A DNA stretch of 64,000 bases from a virus. Lineage: Duplodnaviria; Caudoviricetes. The translations under genes and the position numbers were made by a program. Position 1 is the first letter of the stretch, and every line of letters starts with the position of its first letter. This document shows positions 16,966 through 27,107 of this stretch, one piece after another. The notes under the pieces are model-generated. The model saw only the letters and a program-made list of their open reading frames with translations, was not told the DNA's origin and did no database searches. The stretch spans positions 23,250 to 87,249 of the IMG/VR virus record IMGVR_UViG_3300014968_000012, one strand, 5' to 3'.

Positions 16966-19932
16966 GTGTCTGGAGGCTCGGACCCGCTCGCGCAATCGCT
17001 GATTGAGATCGTCGCCGACACGTCGAAGTTCCCGGACGAGCTCACGAAGAACGTAGAGAAGGCGTCCAGCGACGCCGCCGAAGCGGCGTCGAAGATCTTC
17101 AACGAGCAGATGGGGGCCACCGCCGCGGCGGCCGCCGAAGAGTTCGGCACGACCCTTGACGAAGGGCTGACCGTCGCGGCGACCGAGGGCGCCGAGACTT
17201 TCGGGACCGCCTTCGGACTCAAACTGGAAGCCTTCGGCGAGGAAGCCGCCGCCCAGCTCGTCGCCGCGTTCAAGGCGGCCATGAGGCCGGCCGTCGAAGA
17301 GGACGGCGAAGAGGAAGCGCAATCCTTCCTCGCCCGGTTCAAAGCGACGATGGAAACCGGGATGGCCGCCGTCGCCGAGAAAATGGGGATTGAGCTGGAG
17401 GAATCCTCCGCTGGGATCTCTGAGGCCGGCGCCGCCATCGGGGACAAGTTCGTGGAGGGGGTCAAGCTCGGCGGCGTGGCCCTGGCCGGCGTCACCGCCG
17501 AGATGACCAAATTCGGTCTTGAGGGCGCGGCCTCCATTCAGAAGTCGCAGATTGCCTTTGAGCACATGACCGGGTCGGCTCAGGCCGGCGTGGACGTGGT
17601 CAATCAACTGGAGCAACAGGCGGCCAAGACCCCGTTCCAGTTCCAAGATCTTCAGCCGGTCGCGCAACGGTTCCTGGCCATCGGGGACGCCGCCGGCATC
17701 ACCAGTAAGAACGTGACTCAGTTCACGGGCGCGCTGGAGGACGCGACCACGTTTGCCGGCGGGACGCCGGAGACTATGAACCGCGTCGCGTACGCCCTGG
17801 ACGAGGTCGCGAGTAAGGGCAAGCTCACCCAAGCGAGCGTTACTCAGCTGTCCCGGGACCTCCCGGGCCTGAACGTCCAACAGGTGCTCGCGGCCGGATC
17901 CGGTCAGACGTTGTCGCAGATCCAGGCCCAGATCCACGCCGGGACGCTGACCGCGAGCGCTGGCATCCAGGACTACATCAAGGGCCTGGAGAAGATGCCC
18001 GGCGTCGCCGGGTCGGCGGCCGCGGCGAGTGCCACCCTGGGCGGTTCGTTCGCCACGCTCAAGGACAACATCCGTCTGAGCCTGACTCAGGGCTTTACGC
18101 CGGTGATTCCCGAGATCACCAAGGTGATGAACTCGATCGTCCCCGTACTGAATCAGGGTTTTGAGAAACTGGGGCCGGTCATCGGTCAGGCGCTCGCCGC
18201 CATCCTCCCGCTGATCGCGCAACTGTTCACGGCGCTGGTTCCGATCATCGCGCCGCTGGTCCAGTTGCTCGCCGGGATCGCGCCGTCCTTGATTCAGAGC
18301 CTTTCGGTACTTTCGCCCGTTTTTGCCCAGATCGCGCAGAGCCTAGTACCCCTCGCGCCGGTCATCGGTCAACTCGTTGTCATGTTCACTCAGCTTGCGT
18401 TGCAGGCCATTAAGCCGTTCCTGCCCCTGCTCAGTGCTCTGCTTCCGATCCTCCAGGGCGCGACCACGGTTCTAAAGGTCTTGTCTCCCGTGCTGGTCCC
18501 GCTGATCCAGGCGTGGATCATCTGGGCGTCGGTGACCAAGGTTCTGTCCATCGCCATGGGCGTGCTGAACCTGGTCCTGGACGCGAACCCGTTCGTCCTG
18601 ATCGGGATCGCCGTCGTGGCGCTCATCGCCGGCCTCGTGGAGCTGTACCAGCACAGCAAGCTAGTGCGGGAGATCGTCGGCGACGTCGTCCACTTTTTCG
18701 CCACCGTGGCGATCGATGCGCTCCACTACTTCGAAGCCGGGTGGCGGGTCGTGATCGCCGCCGTGAAGGACGTCGTCGCGTTCTTCCAAAAAATGCCAGG
18801 CTATTTTCACGATGCGATGGGGGAAATTTCCAAGATCCTTGACGACGCCTGGCGCGGCATCGTCGCCGGGGCGAAAGCCGTCCTGGACTTTTTCACCGCT
18901 TTGCCCGGCGAAATTCTCAATGCCCTGATTGCCCTCCCGGGCGAATTGCTCCACCTGTTCCTAGACGGCCTGGCGTTGCTCCTTCACGGGATCGGCGACA
19001 TTCTGGGCTTGATCATCGTCTCATTCGAACTTTTGTACAAGGGCATCGTCTACGCCGTGACCGAGCTCCCCGGCGAGCTCTGGAACCTCTTCACCAGTGC
19101 CTTGTCAATGGCGAAAGATGCCGTGGTGGCCGGCGCCAAGGCCGTGATCGACTTCGTGGTTTCCTGGAACCTCGCGATCCTCCACGAACTTGAGGCGCTT
19201 CCGGGCCAGTTGTGGACGCTGTTCACCACCGCCATGTCCCTGGTCGGAAAAGCCGTCGATACCGGAATTTCTGACACGATTTCCTTTTTCAGGGCGCTTC
19301 CGGGCGAAGTGGTCCACGCGCTCGCCACCATCGGATCCGACCTGGCCAACGTGTTTTCGTCCATGTGGGACAAGGCGAGTGCCGTAGTGACTAAGGGCAT
19401 TGATACACTCGTGGGCTGGTTCAAGGCGATCCCGGGCAAGATCAGTGACCTTGGAAAGGATCTTGAGGCGTCCGGTGAGAAGTTGATCAAGTCCGTGTTC
19501 GATGGCTTCTCCAAGGTCCCCTCCATCGGAGAGAACATCGCCAAGTCCGTGGTGAACGCGGTCATTTCCGCGATCAACTGGGCCATCGATCAGGTGGACT
19601 CTGGCCTGGCGGATATCAACATTGCCGGCATCGGGTTCCCCAAGAAGACGATCCCTGACATCCCGCCGTGGAAGGCGTCCGGCGGGATCTTCGACCGTCC
19701 GACCGTGATCGGTGTCGGTGAGGCCGGCAAGGAAGTGGTCTTGCCGCTGACGAACCCCGCGCGCACGGCGGCGCTGGCCGCACAGTCCGGCCTGTTGGGC
19801 GTGCTCTCACAAGCCGGCATCGGCGGCGGCCGGCCGACACAGATCTTCCAGACCACCGTCAACACCGTGGCGCAGGACCCCGTCATGGTGGCCACACAGA
19901 CGGTCGGCAAGCTCGCGCGGAAGGTGGCCTGA
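16966..19932 (+). CDS. Tape measure protein (988 aa)
   Basis: Tape-measure N-terminal domain (AAKTPFQF.DL), amphipathic repeats, C-terminal ASGGIF.RPT..GVGEAG.EVVLPL. Confidence 0.95.
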   Translation: MSGGSDPLAQSLIEIVADTSKFPDELTKNVEKASSDAAEAASKIFNEQMGATAAAAAEEFGTTLDEGLTVAATEGAETFGTAFGLKLEAFGEEAAAQLVAAFKAAMRPAVEEDGEEEAQSFLARFKATMETGMAAVAEKMGIELEESSAGISEAGAAIGDKFVEGVKLGGVALAGVTAEMTKFGLEGAASIQKSQIAFEHMTGSAQAGVDVVNQLEQQAAKTPFQFQDLQPVAQRFLAIGDAAGITSKNVTQFTGALEDATTFAGGTPETMNRVAYALDEVASKGKLTQASVTQLSRDLPGLNVQQVLAAGSGQTLSQIQAQIHAGTLTASAGIQDYIKGLEKMPGVAGSAAAASATLGGSFATLKDNIRLSLTQGFTPVIPEITKVMNSIVPVLNQGFEKLGPVIGQALAAILPLIAQLFTALVPIIAPLVQLLAGIAPSLIQSLSVLSPVFAQIAQSLVPLAPVIGQLVVMFTQLALQAIKPFLPLLSALLPILQGATTVLKVLSPVLVPLIQAWIIWASVTKVLSIAMGVLNLVLDANPFVLIGIAVVALIAGLVELYQHSKLVREIVGDVVHFFATVAIDALHYFEAGWRVVIAAVKDVVAFFQKMPGYFHDAMGEISKILDDAWRGIVAGAKAVLDFFTALPGEILNALIALPGELLHLFLDGLALLLHGIGDILGLIIVSFELLYKGIVYAVTELPGELWNLFTSALSMAKDAVVAGAKAVIDFVVSWNLAILHELEALPGQLWTLFTTAMSLVGKAVDTGISDTISFFRALPGEVVHALATIGSDLANVFSSMWDKASAVVTKGIDTLVGWFKAIPGKISDLGKDLEASGEKLIKSVFDGFSKVPSIGENIAKSVVNAVISAINWAIDQVDSGLADINIAGIGFPKKTIPDIPPWKASGGIFDRPTVIGVGEAGKEVVLPLTNPARTAALAAQSGLLGVLSQAGIGGGRPTQIFQTTVNTVAQDPVMVATQTVGKLARKVA

Positions 19933-19934
19933 CC

Positions 19935-21368
19935 GTGGGATACGACGGGTGGATGCAGTACAACGGCGTTGAGATCGTCAACTCCCAGCGGACCGCGACC
20001 TACGTCAAGAACTACGGCGTGGCCGCCGTCGCGTGCTCGGGGTGCAACGGCGCGACGTCCGGCGTCCGCTACAGCGACCCCGTCACCGACAACGCCCCGT
20101 GGCTGGACCCCGCCGTCCCCTGGTCGAAAGACTTCCTGGGGTTCTTCGGGATCACCGTCGGCGGCGTGACCGTCGGCACCGGGAGCCGCACGCCCCTGGC
20201 GAAAGTCGGCGACGGTGCGGTGATGGGGCAACTGAGGCACGCCCACCGCGAGATCAATGCGCATGCGATGGGGTTTGCCCTGTCCGAACAGGGCATGTCG
20301 TGGGGTCAGACGTGGCTCTCGGGCATCCTCCAGGCCGGTTCTTCCATCCCCGCGTGCAACACCGCCTCGTGCAACGGCGTACCGGTCAACCTGTTGGCCT
20401 GGTGCCCGAACTGCGCGGATGACCCCGTGGCCTGCGCGGCGGCGAACCGGACGCTGTTTCAGGGCGCGCTGATGCAGGGTCCTGACTTCACGAACAAAGT
20501 CCGGATCGGGATGGACTGCGGCCGCGGCCGGCCGTGGATGTGGGATTCCGATTTCCTCATCGGCACGGGGAGGCCGTACGCGTTCCAGGACCCCATCACC
20601 GTGGCCACGCAAGCGCCCCTCATCGTCCCGACGGTGTGGCCGTGCGGCGGCTGGCAACAGCACACACCCGGGTCCGGGACATGCACGCTGCCCGACTGTT
20701 CCACCACCCTGTTCGGTCAGTGCATGGTGTGGACTCCGGTCAGTAACGCGGCGTGCAACGACCCGTGCGACGTCCTGGGCGGCGACTGCCTGTTGAACGA
20801 CCCGCTGTGCCCGTCGCCGGTCGCGCCGGTCGCGCCGGTGGAGCCCAACGACCCGTGCGTGTGCCTGGTGTCCATGTCCCCGGTCACCACCATGACCACC
20901 ATCACCGCCGGCACGCTGCCCCGGACGGCGGCGTTCGTGCCGCTTCTCCAGGTCAACGCCGGTACCGTCCCGGCGGCCGGCGCGCCGGCGGCGTGTGACC
21001 TGCGGCGCATCCTGTTGCGGTTCTATCGGGCCAGCGCCGGCGAGGTGTGCACGTACGCGAACCTGTCCACCTGCGACGTCGCCGGGGAGATCGGGATCCC
21101 GTACCTGCCCAAGGGCTCGGTCCTGACCATCGACGGCCGGCAACAGACGGCCACGGTGGTGTGCGCCGACGGCCGGGTGGAGACGCCCGTCCTGTTCACC
21201 TCGGACGGCCCGATGGCCCAGTGGCCGGTCCTGGGGTGCTCGGACGCCTGGTGCGTGGCGGTGACCATCGACGGCGGCGGCCAGGGCGGCGGCGTGCCGG
21301 GCACGTGCGGCACGAACGCCGACTCGTGGGTGTCGGTGTCGGTGGCGATCCGGGACGACGTGTGGTGA
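19935..21368 (+). CDS. Minor tail protein (distal-tail-like), Cys-rich
   Basis: Follows the tape measure; GVEIVN..RT..Y and APW.DP..P.S.DF.G motifs. Confidence 0.75.
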   Translation: MGYDGWMQYNGVEIVNSQRTATYVKNYGVAAVACSGCNGATSGVRYSDPVTDNAPWLDPAVPWSKDFLGFFGITVGGVTVGTGSRTPLAKVGDGAVMGQLRHAHREINAHAMGFALSEQGMSWGQTWLSGILQAGSSIPACNTASCNGVPVNLLAWCPNCADDPVACAAANRTLFQGALMQGPDFTNKVRIGMDCGRGRPWMWDSDFLIGTGRPYAFQDPITVATQAPLIVPTVWPCGGWQQHTPGSGTCTLPDCSTTLFGQCMVWTPVSNAACNDPCDVLGGDCLLNDPLCPSPVAPVAPVEPNDPCVCLVSMSPVTTMTTITAGTLPRTAAFVPLLQVNAGTVPAAGAPAACDLRRILLRFYRASAGEVCTYANLSTCDVAGEIGIPYLPKGSVLTIDGRQQTATVVCADGRVETPVLFTSDGPMAQWPVLGCSDAWCVAVTIDGGGQGGGVPGTCGTNADSWVSVSVAIRDDVW

Positions 21369-21378
21369 GGACGAGGCC

Positions 21379-22512
21379 ATGACCACTACCAATCCCGGGG
21401 TGCTGGGATGCCCGAGCACCTATACATGTTTCGTGTACTACCGCGGCGGCCGCGGCCGCCCGGTCGGGGTGCTGGACAACACGACGTTGATCACGTGGGA
21501 CCGCAAGCTGAACAACACCGGCGAGGCGGCCGTGACGATCGCCGCCGGCCAGGCTTCCTACGGGTGCTGTTCCCTGATGAACACGCTCGCGCAGGACGAG
21601 GCGGTCCGGGCGTACGAGCTCCATATCTACCGCGACCGGTCCCGGGTGTGGTGCGGGCCGATCACGCAGGTATCCGAGACGCGCGGCCCGACGAACGCGG
21701 TGTTCAACGTGGCGGCGCGCGACGTCCTGGCGTACGTGGACGACTACGGCCATTGGCTGTCCGTCGGGTACAACCTGTCCGGGGACCTCGTCACCATCGC
21801 GACGTCCATCCTGGGCGTGGATCTGCTCACCGACGACCCGAACATGTCGTCCCACATCGTCGCCACGCCGTCGGGGATCACGGCGACGCAGGCCGCCGCA
21901 TCGGAGTCGGGCAGCGTGCTGGGCGAGATCAACAAACTGGTGTCGCTGGGCCTGCGGTACACCACGTCGAATCGGGCTATCTACCTGGGCGGGTTGCTCG
22001 GGAACGCGTTCGGCGCGCCCATCCGTCTGAGCGTGGATGACATCGCCGGCGATGTCACGATCTTGCACGACGGGACGGTGTTCGCCAACACGATCTTTGG
22101 CGGCTCGGGGACGGCGTCGGCCCAGACGCCCAACGGGGCCGTGCCACCGCCGGACCCGCAGTTGATCACGCTGGGCGGCCCTGAGCCGGGTTGGCGCGGC
22201 CGCGTGGAACACGGCGTGTCGGCCACCGCCGGCACCGGCGGCACCACCGGCCAGTCCGCCGTCCTGGCGGCCGCGCAAGCGGCGTACTTCACCGGGCGGC
22301 GGCCGCGGCTGGTGCGCGTCGCGGACGGCTCTGTGGTGTCGCCGAACGCGTCCGTCACCGTGCCTCAGCTCATCCCGGGGACCCTGGTGAAGGTGGCCGG
22401 CGCCGACCGGTTCTGTACGTGGGTCGCGCAAGACCTCCAGCTTGTGAGGGTGACGGGATCTTTCGACAGCACCGGCGAGAAAATCGGCGTGAGTCTAGGA
22501 CCGGTGGGCTGA
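21379..22512 (+). CDS. Minor tail protein (hub/Tal-like)
   Basis: W.RKLNNTGEA.V, YELHIYRD..RVW.GPI, L.PGT.V motifs. Confidence 0.75.
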   Translation: MTTTNPGVLGCPSTYTCFVYYRGGRGRPVGVLDNTTLITWDRKLNNTGEAAVTIAAGQASYGCCSLMNTLAQDEAVRAYELHIYRDRSRVWCGPITQVSETRGPTNAVFNVAARDVLAYVDDYGHWLSVGYNLSGDLVTIATSILGVDLLTDDPNMSSHIVATPSGITATQAAASESGSVLGEINKLVSLGLRYTTSNRAIYLGGLLGNAFGAPIRLSVDDIAGDVTILHDGTVFANTIFGGSGTASAQTPNGAVPPPDPQLITLGGPEPGWRGRVEHGVSATAGTGGTTGQSAVLAAAQAAYFTGRRPRLVRVADGSVVSPNASVTVPQLIPGTLVKVAGADRFCTWVAQDLQLVRVTGSFDSTGEKIGVSLGPVG

Positions 22513-22763
22513 TGAGCGGCTACGCGAACGGCGGCTATCCGCTGGGGATGCCGGATTACCAGTTCGTAGACGACGAGACGGTGTTGGGCCAGCGGTTCAG
22601 CACCCTGGAGCGGGCCACGTTCGGATCGCCGCCGAAGCGGCCGGCCGTCGGGGACTGGGCGCTGGACATGGACGCGAACGGCGTCCTGGTGGCGGTCAAC
22701 CTGCGTACGTCCATGTCGTACCCGATCACGCTCGGGACGGGGACCGCGATCCCGCCGTCATAG
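22512..22763 (+). CDS. Small minor tail protein
   Basis: TGATG overlap; L.QR...LER motif. Confidence 0.6.
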   Translation: MSGYANGGYPLGMPDYQFVDDETVLGQRFSTLERATFGSPPKRPAVGDWALDMDANGVLVAVNLRTSMSYPITLGTGTAIPPS

Positions 22764-22810
22764 CACGTCCAATCGCATGAAATCTGAACATCCCGGGCTA
22801 GCCTGGTCGG

Positions 22811-23428
22811 GTGGCGAACGCTTGCGTCGGATACGGGTTCGTGATCAACGGGGACGGCTCCCTGGGGCTTGCCGGCCCGCGCTCGGGGTCCTGGCCGTAC
22901 GGCTCCAGCGGCGCATGCGCCGTCGGGAGCGCGAACGGCCTGCGGGTGGACACCACGACCGGGAACCTGTGGGTGGAGCCGCCGGATATCCGGACCTCGT
23001 CCCAGCTTTCCTTCACCGGCTCGTCCGCGACGTCGTCAACGTCCTGGCAAGACTTCGGGTTCGCCTCGCAGAACTTCACGAACGCCGACACGTGCCGGCC
23101 GGCGATCCTGTACGGCGAAGCGCTGATCACGTGGACCGTGAGCACCATCCCGGCCGGCTCGGGGATCTCGATCGCCGCCGACGTCTACACCACCACGCCC
23201 GGGTCTCCGGGCACGCAGACGCTTCGGTACTACCAACCGAACATGACCGGCGTCGGGACCGCTGATATCAACACGCTAACGATCCCGTTCCTGATCACCG
23301 TCGCCGCCGGTGCGACGCAAACCGTGTGGATGTCAGCGGCTCACAAGCTGGACTCCGGGACGGCCGGCTTCAGTACGCCGTCCCTGCGCTGGACCGCTGA
23401 GGTTCTGACCTCCCGGGCATCCTGGTGA
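22811..23428 (+). CDS. Minor tail protein, paralog 1 of 4
   Basis: Shared N-terminal C...G.L...WP...NGL..D...LW..P motif. Confidence 0.7.
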   Translation: MANACVGYGFVINGDGSLGLAGPRSGSWPYGSSGACAVGSANGLRVDTTTGNLWVEPPDIRTSSQLSFTGSSATSSTSWQDFGFASQNFTNADTCRPAILYGEALITWTVSTIPAGSGISIAADVYTTTPGSPGTQTLRYYQPNMTGVGTADINTLTIPFLITVAAGATQTVWMSAAHKLDSGTAGFSTPSLRWTAEVLTSRASW

Positions 23429-24771
23429 GCCCGGGCGCGGGGTGCTGGGCACCCGGGATCGCGTGGGACTCCGAGAACGCCGCGGCGTTCGTCGGGCCCC
23501 GTCACGGCGCGTGGCCGTACGGCGCCTGTCCCATCGCGTCGAACAACGGCCTGGTCCTGGACACCGCGGCGAACCTGGTCATGACCGATCCCCCGATCGG
23601 TATGTATACCTATGAACAGCACTGGAACCAGGCTCAGTCCGGGTCGCTCCCGGCGAACAGCCTGGTTCAAAACCCGAACTTCGTCAGCCTGACCGTCAAC
23701 AGCGGTCAACTCCCCACCCTGACCGTCCCCACCCCGACGTGCGGGACGCCGATCGTCCGGGACCGGGCACTGATCACGTTGGACATGTGGGTGGGGTCCC
23801 GTTCCAACATCCAAATCCTGTTGCCGGCCGGCGTGGCGGGCGGGGCGAACTATGAGGCTGAGGTGGAAAACGGGGTTCTCGCCCCGTCGCCGTCCATCGG
23901 CACGGTGGGCAACGTCGGGTCGCTCGGCGGCTCGGGGACCGTCCAAAACTGTTCCTGGTCCGACGAGCCGTACGGGGTGTCGTCACTGGACCAGACAGGC
24001 GCCCCCAACGGCCTGTTGGGCTCGGTCGCCATGTCCTACACGGCATCGCCGGTGGCGTCGGTGTACCACGTCGGCGGCCCGTCGATCGACTCCGGTCAGC
24101 CGTACACGATGGCCGTGTGGGTCAAGCCGATCTCCTATCCGGCGTCCGGCAACTGGCACCAGTTCGTCTTCATGTCCGGGACGAACACCCCGCTGATCTA
24201 CGGTCAGATTTCCTCGTCCGGGGGCCTGCGGTACCTGCGCGCGGCCGCCGACTCCGGGGCGACGACGTACGACGGCTGGGACGACTCGGCGACGGCGAAC
24301 CTCATCCCGCTGAACGTGTGGTCCCTGGTCCTGCTGTACTGCGACGGGACGAACGTCAGTTACCAGGTGTACCCGGCCGGCGGGACCATGTCGTCCCGGC
24401 CGAACAAGGCGATCACGATCGGGACGTACGCCGGAACCCATAACTGGGGCATCGGTGGACTCGGTACCCAACCGTCCGTGAACGGCTACGTGTCGAACCC
24501 GATTCTGTTCACACGGGTGCTGACCGCCTCTGAGGTCACTCAGATCATGGCGACGCCGTACACGATCCCGGGCCTGTCCTCCATCCACTTCCGGTTGAAC
24601 GACGCCGTCAAGCGCCGGCGGGCGGTCCGGACGTGGACGCGGCCGTACGCGAACTCAAGCCTGACGCGGCAACTCTTGGTGAAGCTCTTCAGCGGCGGCG
24701 CGAACGCGACCGTGATCAATTCGTGGTCCATCAATCTCCAGGGACTCGCGTTGTCCCCGAACGTCGGATAG
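23425..24771 (+). CDS. Minor tail protein, paralog 2 of 4, with a LamG/concanavalin-like domain
   Basis: Shared N-terminus; YTMAVWVKP...NVWSLVLLY.DGT...Y...LF.RVLTASEV.QI is LamG-like. Confidence 0.75.
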   Translation: MSPGAGCWAPGIAWDSENAAAFVGPRHGAWPYGACPIASNNGLVLDTAANLVMTDPPIGMYTYEQHWNQAQSGSLPANSLVQNPNFVSLTVNSGQLPTLTVPTPTCGTPIVRDRALITLDMWVGSRSNIQILLPAGVAGGANYEAEVENGVLAPSPSIGTVGNVGSLGGSGTVQNCSWSDEPYGVSSLDQTGAPNGLLGSVAMSYTASPVASVYHVGGPSIDSGQPYTMAVWVKPISYPASGNWHQFVFMSGTNTPLIYGQISSSGGLRYLRAAADSGATTYDGWDDSATANLIPLNVWSLVLLYCDGTNVSYQVYPAGGTMSSRPNKAITIGTYAGTHNWGIGGLGTQPSVNGYVSNPILFTRVLTASEVTQIMATPYTIPGLSSIHFRLNDAVKRRRAVRTWTRPYANSSLTRQLLVKLFSGGANATVINSWSINLQGLALSPNVG

Positions 24772-24784
24772 GGGGCGGGGCGCG

Positions 24785-25420
24785 ATGCCGAACCTTGAGG
24801 TGTGCACCGATCCCGCGTTCACCAGCGGGAGTCTCGGGGAACTGAAGCTCGCTGGCGTCGGGTCGGACGCGTGGCCGCTGGGCGGTTCGATCAGCGCGGA
24901 AAACGGCCTGAACGTGGACGCGACCAAGGGCGTGTGGACCGCGCCGCACGGGTGCTATTCGCAGTATCAGAAATTCGTCGTGAGCGGCACGAACTCCCCG
25001 CTGGACAGCACGCACACGAGCATCGTGCTTCCGGTCGGGAACTTCACGTTCACGAACCCCTCACCGGTCCAACAGGGCCGGCTGTTCGCGTTCACGCAAC
25101 TGCGGATGGACTTCACCCTGGCCGCGGCGACGCTGATCCAGATGACCGGCATGGGCAACATCCTGGGCCAGGCCACGCCGCTTCCCACGGCGCCGACGGT
25201 GCCCGTGGGGAACCCGACGGCGAGCACGCAGAGCGTGTCGGGGACGGTCCAGGGGAACAGCGAAATCCTGTTGGCCGGCGGGGCGACGGCGACGTATGGG
25301 CGGTTCGGCCAGGCGAGCTTCCTCGGGGGCGGCGCCGGAAGTCTCTTGGTCAACTGGTCGTTTGACATCCTCTTCGTGTTGATCTTGCTGGACCCGACGC
25401 AGGCGGGAGGCGTCTCCTGA
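24785..25420 (+). CDS. Minor tail protein, paralog 3 of 4
   Basis: Shared N-terminal motif (AWP...ENGLNVD..KGVW..P). Confidence 0.7.
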   Translation: MPNLEVCTDPAFTSGSLGELKLAGVGSDAWPLGGSISAENGLNVDATKGVWTAPHGCYSQYQKFVVSGTNSPLDSTHTSIVLPVGNFTFTNPSPVQQGRLFAFTQLRMDFTLAAATLIQMTGMGNILGQATPLPTAPTVPVGNPTASTQSVSGTVQGNSEILLAGGATATYGRFGQASFLGGGAGSLLVNWSFDILFVLILLDPTQAGGVS

Positions 25421-26073
25421 TGGTCAACATTCTGGTGTGCACGGGGTCGGCGTTCGGGGTCGGGCCGCTGGGCGAACTGGAGCCGGCGAACGTCCGCGCG
25501 CAGGCGTGGCCGTGGTCGTCGGCGCCGGCGACGGCCGCCACGCAGATGCAGACGGCCAACGGCCTGCGGTACGACGAGAGCACCGCCACGCCCGGCGGCG
25601 GCCTGTGGGTCGCGCAGGTGTGCCCGTCGCAGGTGTCGAACTCCCAAACCGGCACGCCGGCGCTGAGCCTCCCGGCGAGCTCGGTCCAGGCCGAAGCGAC
25701 CCTGGCGAACGTCGCGTTCACGAACCCCTCGTCCCTGCAAACGATGCTGGTTCAGGCGACGGCGACGTGGCGGGCGGTCCTGGCGGCCGGCCAACAGGCG
25801 ACCGAGCTTTGGGCCGGGATGACGATCGGCGGGACGTCCTACTTCCCGTGGTCCATCGTCACGTCCGACGGGGGCGCCGTGTTGGCCGCGACGCCGAAGA
25901 CGTACAACGCCTCGTTGCCGTTCGTCTTCACGGTGCCGCCCGGGTCCACGGTCCAGATGACGCCGCGACTGGGCGTGCACAACCTTTCGACCACGACGGC
26001 GATCACGTGGACCTCGTGGGCGTGGTCGGTCGCGGCGACGGCGATCCTTGCCGACCCCGTCACGGCCGGCTGA
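25420..26073 (+). CDS. Minor tail protein, paralog 4 of 4
   Basis: Shared N-terminal motif (AWP...ANGLRYD...GGLW). Confidence 0.7.
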   Translation: MVNILVCTGSAFGVGPLGELEPANVRAQAWPWSSAPATAATQMQTANGLRYDESTATPGGGLWVAQVCPSQVSNSQTGTPALSLPASSVQAEATLANVAFTNPSSLQTMLVQATATWRAVLAAGQQATELWAGMTIGGTSYFPWSIVTSDGGAVLAATPKTYNASLPFVFTVPPGSTVQMTPRLGVHNLSTTTAITWTSWAWSVAATAILADPVTAG

Positions 26074-26179
26074 GGACGCGGTCCGACCATCGGACGGCCG
26101 CCGTCCGCAGCGGGCCGCCAGTGGGCGTCCGTGGCGCCGTACGCCTCGTCGCACCGGGGCGCCCGGGGGCGCGGATTCG

Positions 26180-26200
26180 GTGACAGGCCCGACCTGTCAC
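26180..26200. promoter_or_regulatory. Palindromic operator-like site, copy 3
   Basis: GTGACAGG-cccga-CCTGTCAC. Confidence 0.75.
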
Positions 26201-26646
26201 CGGTGCGGCGACGGTTAAGCGCAGGTCAGCGGGTGGTCCGCCCGGACGGCGACGCGGTCCGTCCACGGACGGCGACCGGACGGCCGACGCCGGCGGGGTC
26301 CGGTCGGGCCGCCGCGGCGCCGGGTCCGGCGGGGACGGCACGCCCGACACGCGTAGCGGCCACTGCGTCGCAGACGTAGCGGACGCTACGGGCGTCCGTG
26401 GGCCGGTCCCGGGACCAGCAATGCCGGGCGCCCTACGAACCGCCGCCGGCGCCCCCTGGCCGACCGTCCGCGCCGAACGCTCGGCGCCCCGCCGCGGGCG
26501 GTCCGACGCCGGCGCCGCGCCGTCCACGGCCCGGGCCCGGCGCTCGCCGACGGGCCACCCGGACGCCGTCGGCCACGGCCGCCGCTACGGCCCGCGCAGG
26601 GGCGCCCGTGGCCGCCGAGCCGCGGCCACCCCTGGTCATCGATCGG

Positions 26647-26667
26647 GTGACAGGCGCGCCCTGTCAC
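26647..26667. promoter_or_regulatory. Palindromic operator-like site, copy 4
   Basis: GTGACAGG-cgcgc-CCTGTCAC, ~40 bp upstream of the 26704 ATG. Confidence 0.75.
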
Positions 26668-26703
26668 TTGTTAAGTACACAACAAGTGCGCTACGGTGGC
26701 CCC

Positions 26704-27048
26704 ATGAGCACCAGAGGAACCCTCTCCCTCGTCCACAACGCGGGCCACACCACCCCGGCCCCGGCGGCGACGTCGGCCCCGGCCGCGACGGAACCCGACG
26801 AGACGGACGCGCCCGGACTCCAGACCACCGACGGCCCGACCCCGCTCAAGACGCGGTCCATCACGGCGGACACGGTCACCTTCCGCGACGCCGAGAACAC
26901 GGTGAAGCGGATCGCTTCCCGGGCCGGGCTGAAGCGCTGGACCGTCTGGGCGGCCATGCTCCGGTTCGCCATGAAGAACGAGGAAGGCGTCCTGGCCGAA
27001 CTCGCCGAGATCATGACCGCGCCCAACGCGAACTCGCAATCCGCCTGA
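26704..27048 (+). CDS. Small putative DNA-binding protein (ribbon-helix-helix / centromere-binding-like)
   Basis: Disordered N-terminus followed by a beta-alpha-alpha pattern (KTRSITAD..TFRDAE...KRWTVWAAMLRFAM). Confidence 0.5.
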   Translation: MSTRGTLSLVHNAGHTTPAPAATSAPAATEPDETDAPGLQTTDGPTPLKTRSITADTVTFRDAENTVKRIASRAGLKRWTVWAAMLRFAMKNEEGVLAELAEIMTAPNANSQSA

Positions 27049-27107
27049 CACGCACCACCGCCCCATCCAAGCCGCCAAGATCAGCAAGTCTGAGGAGACC
27101 AGAAGAG

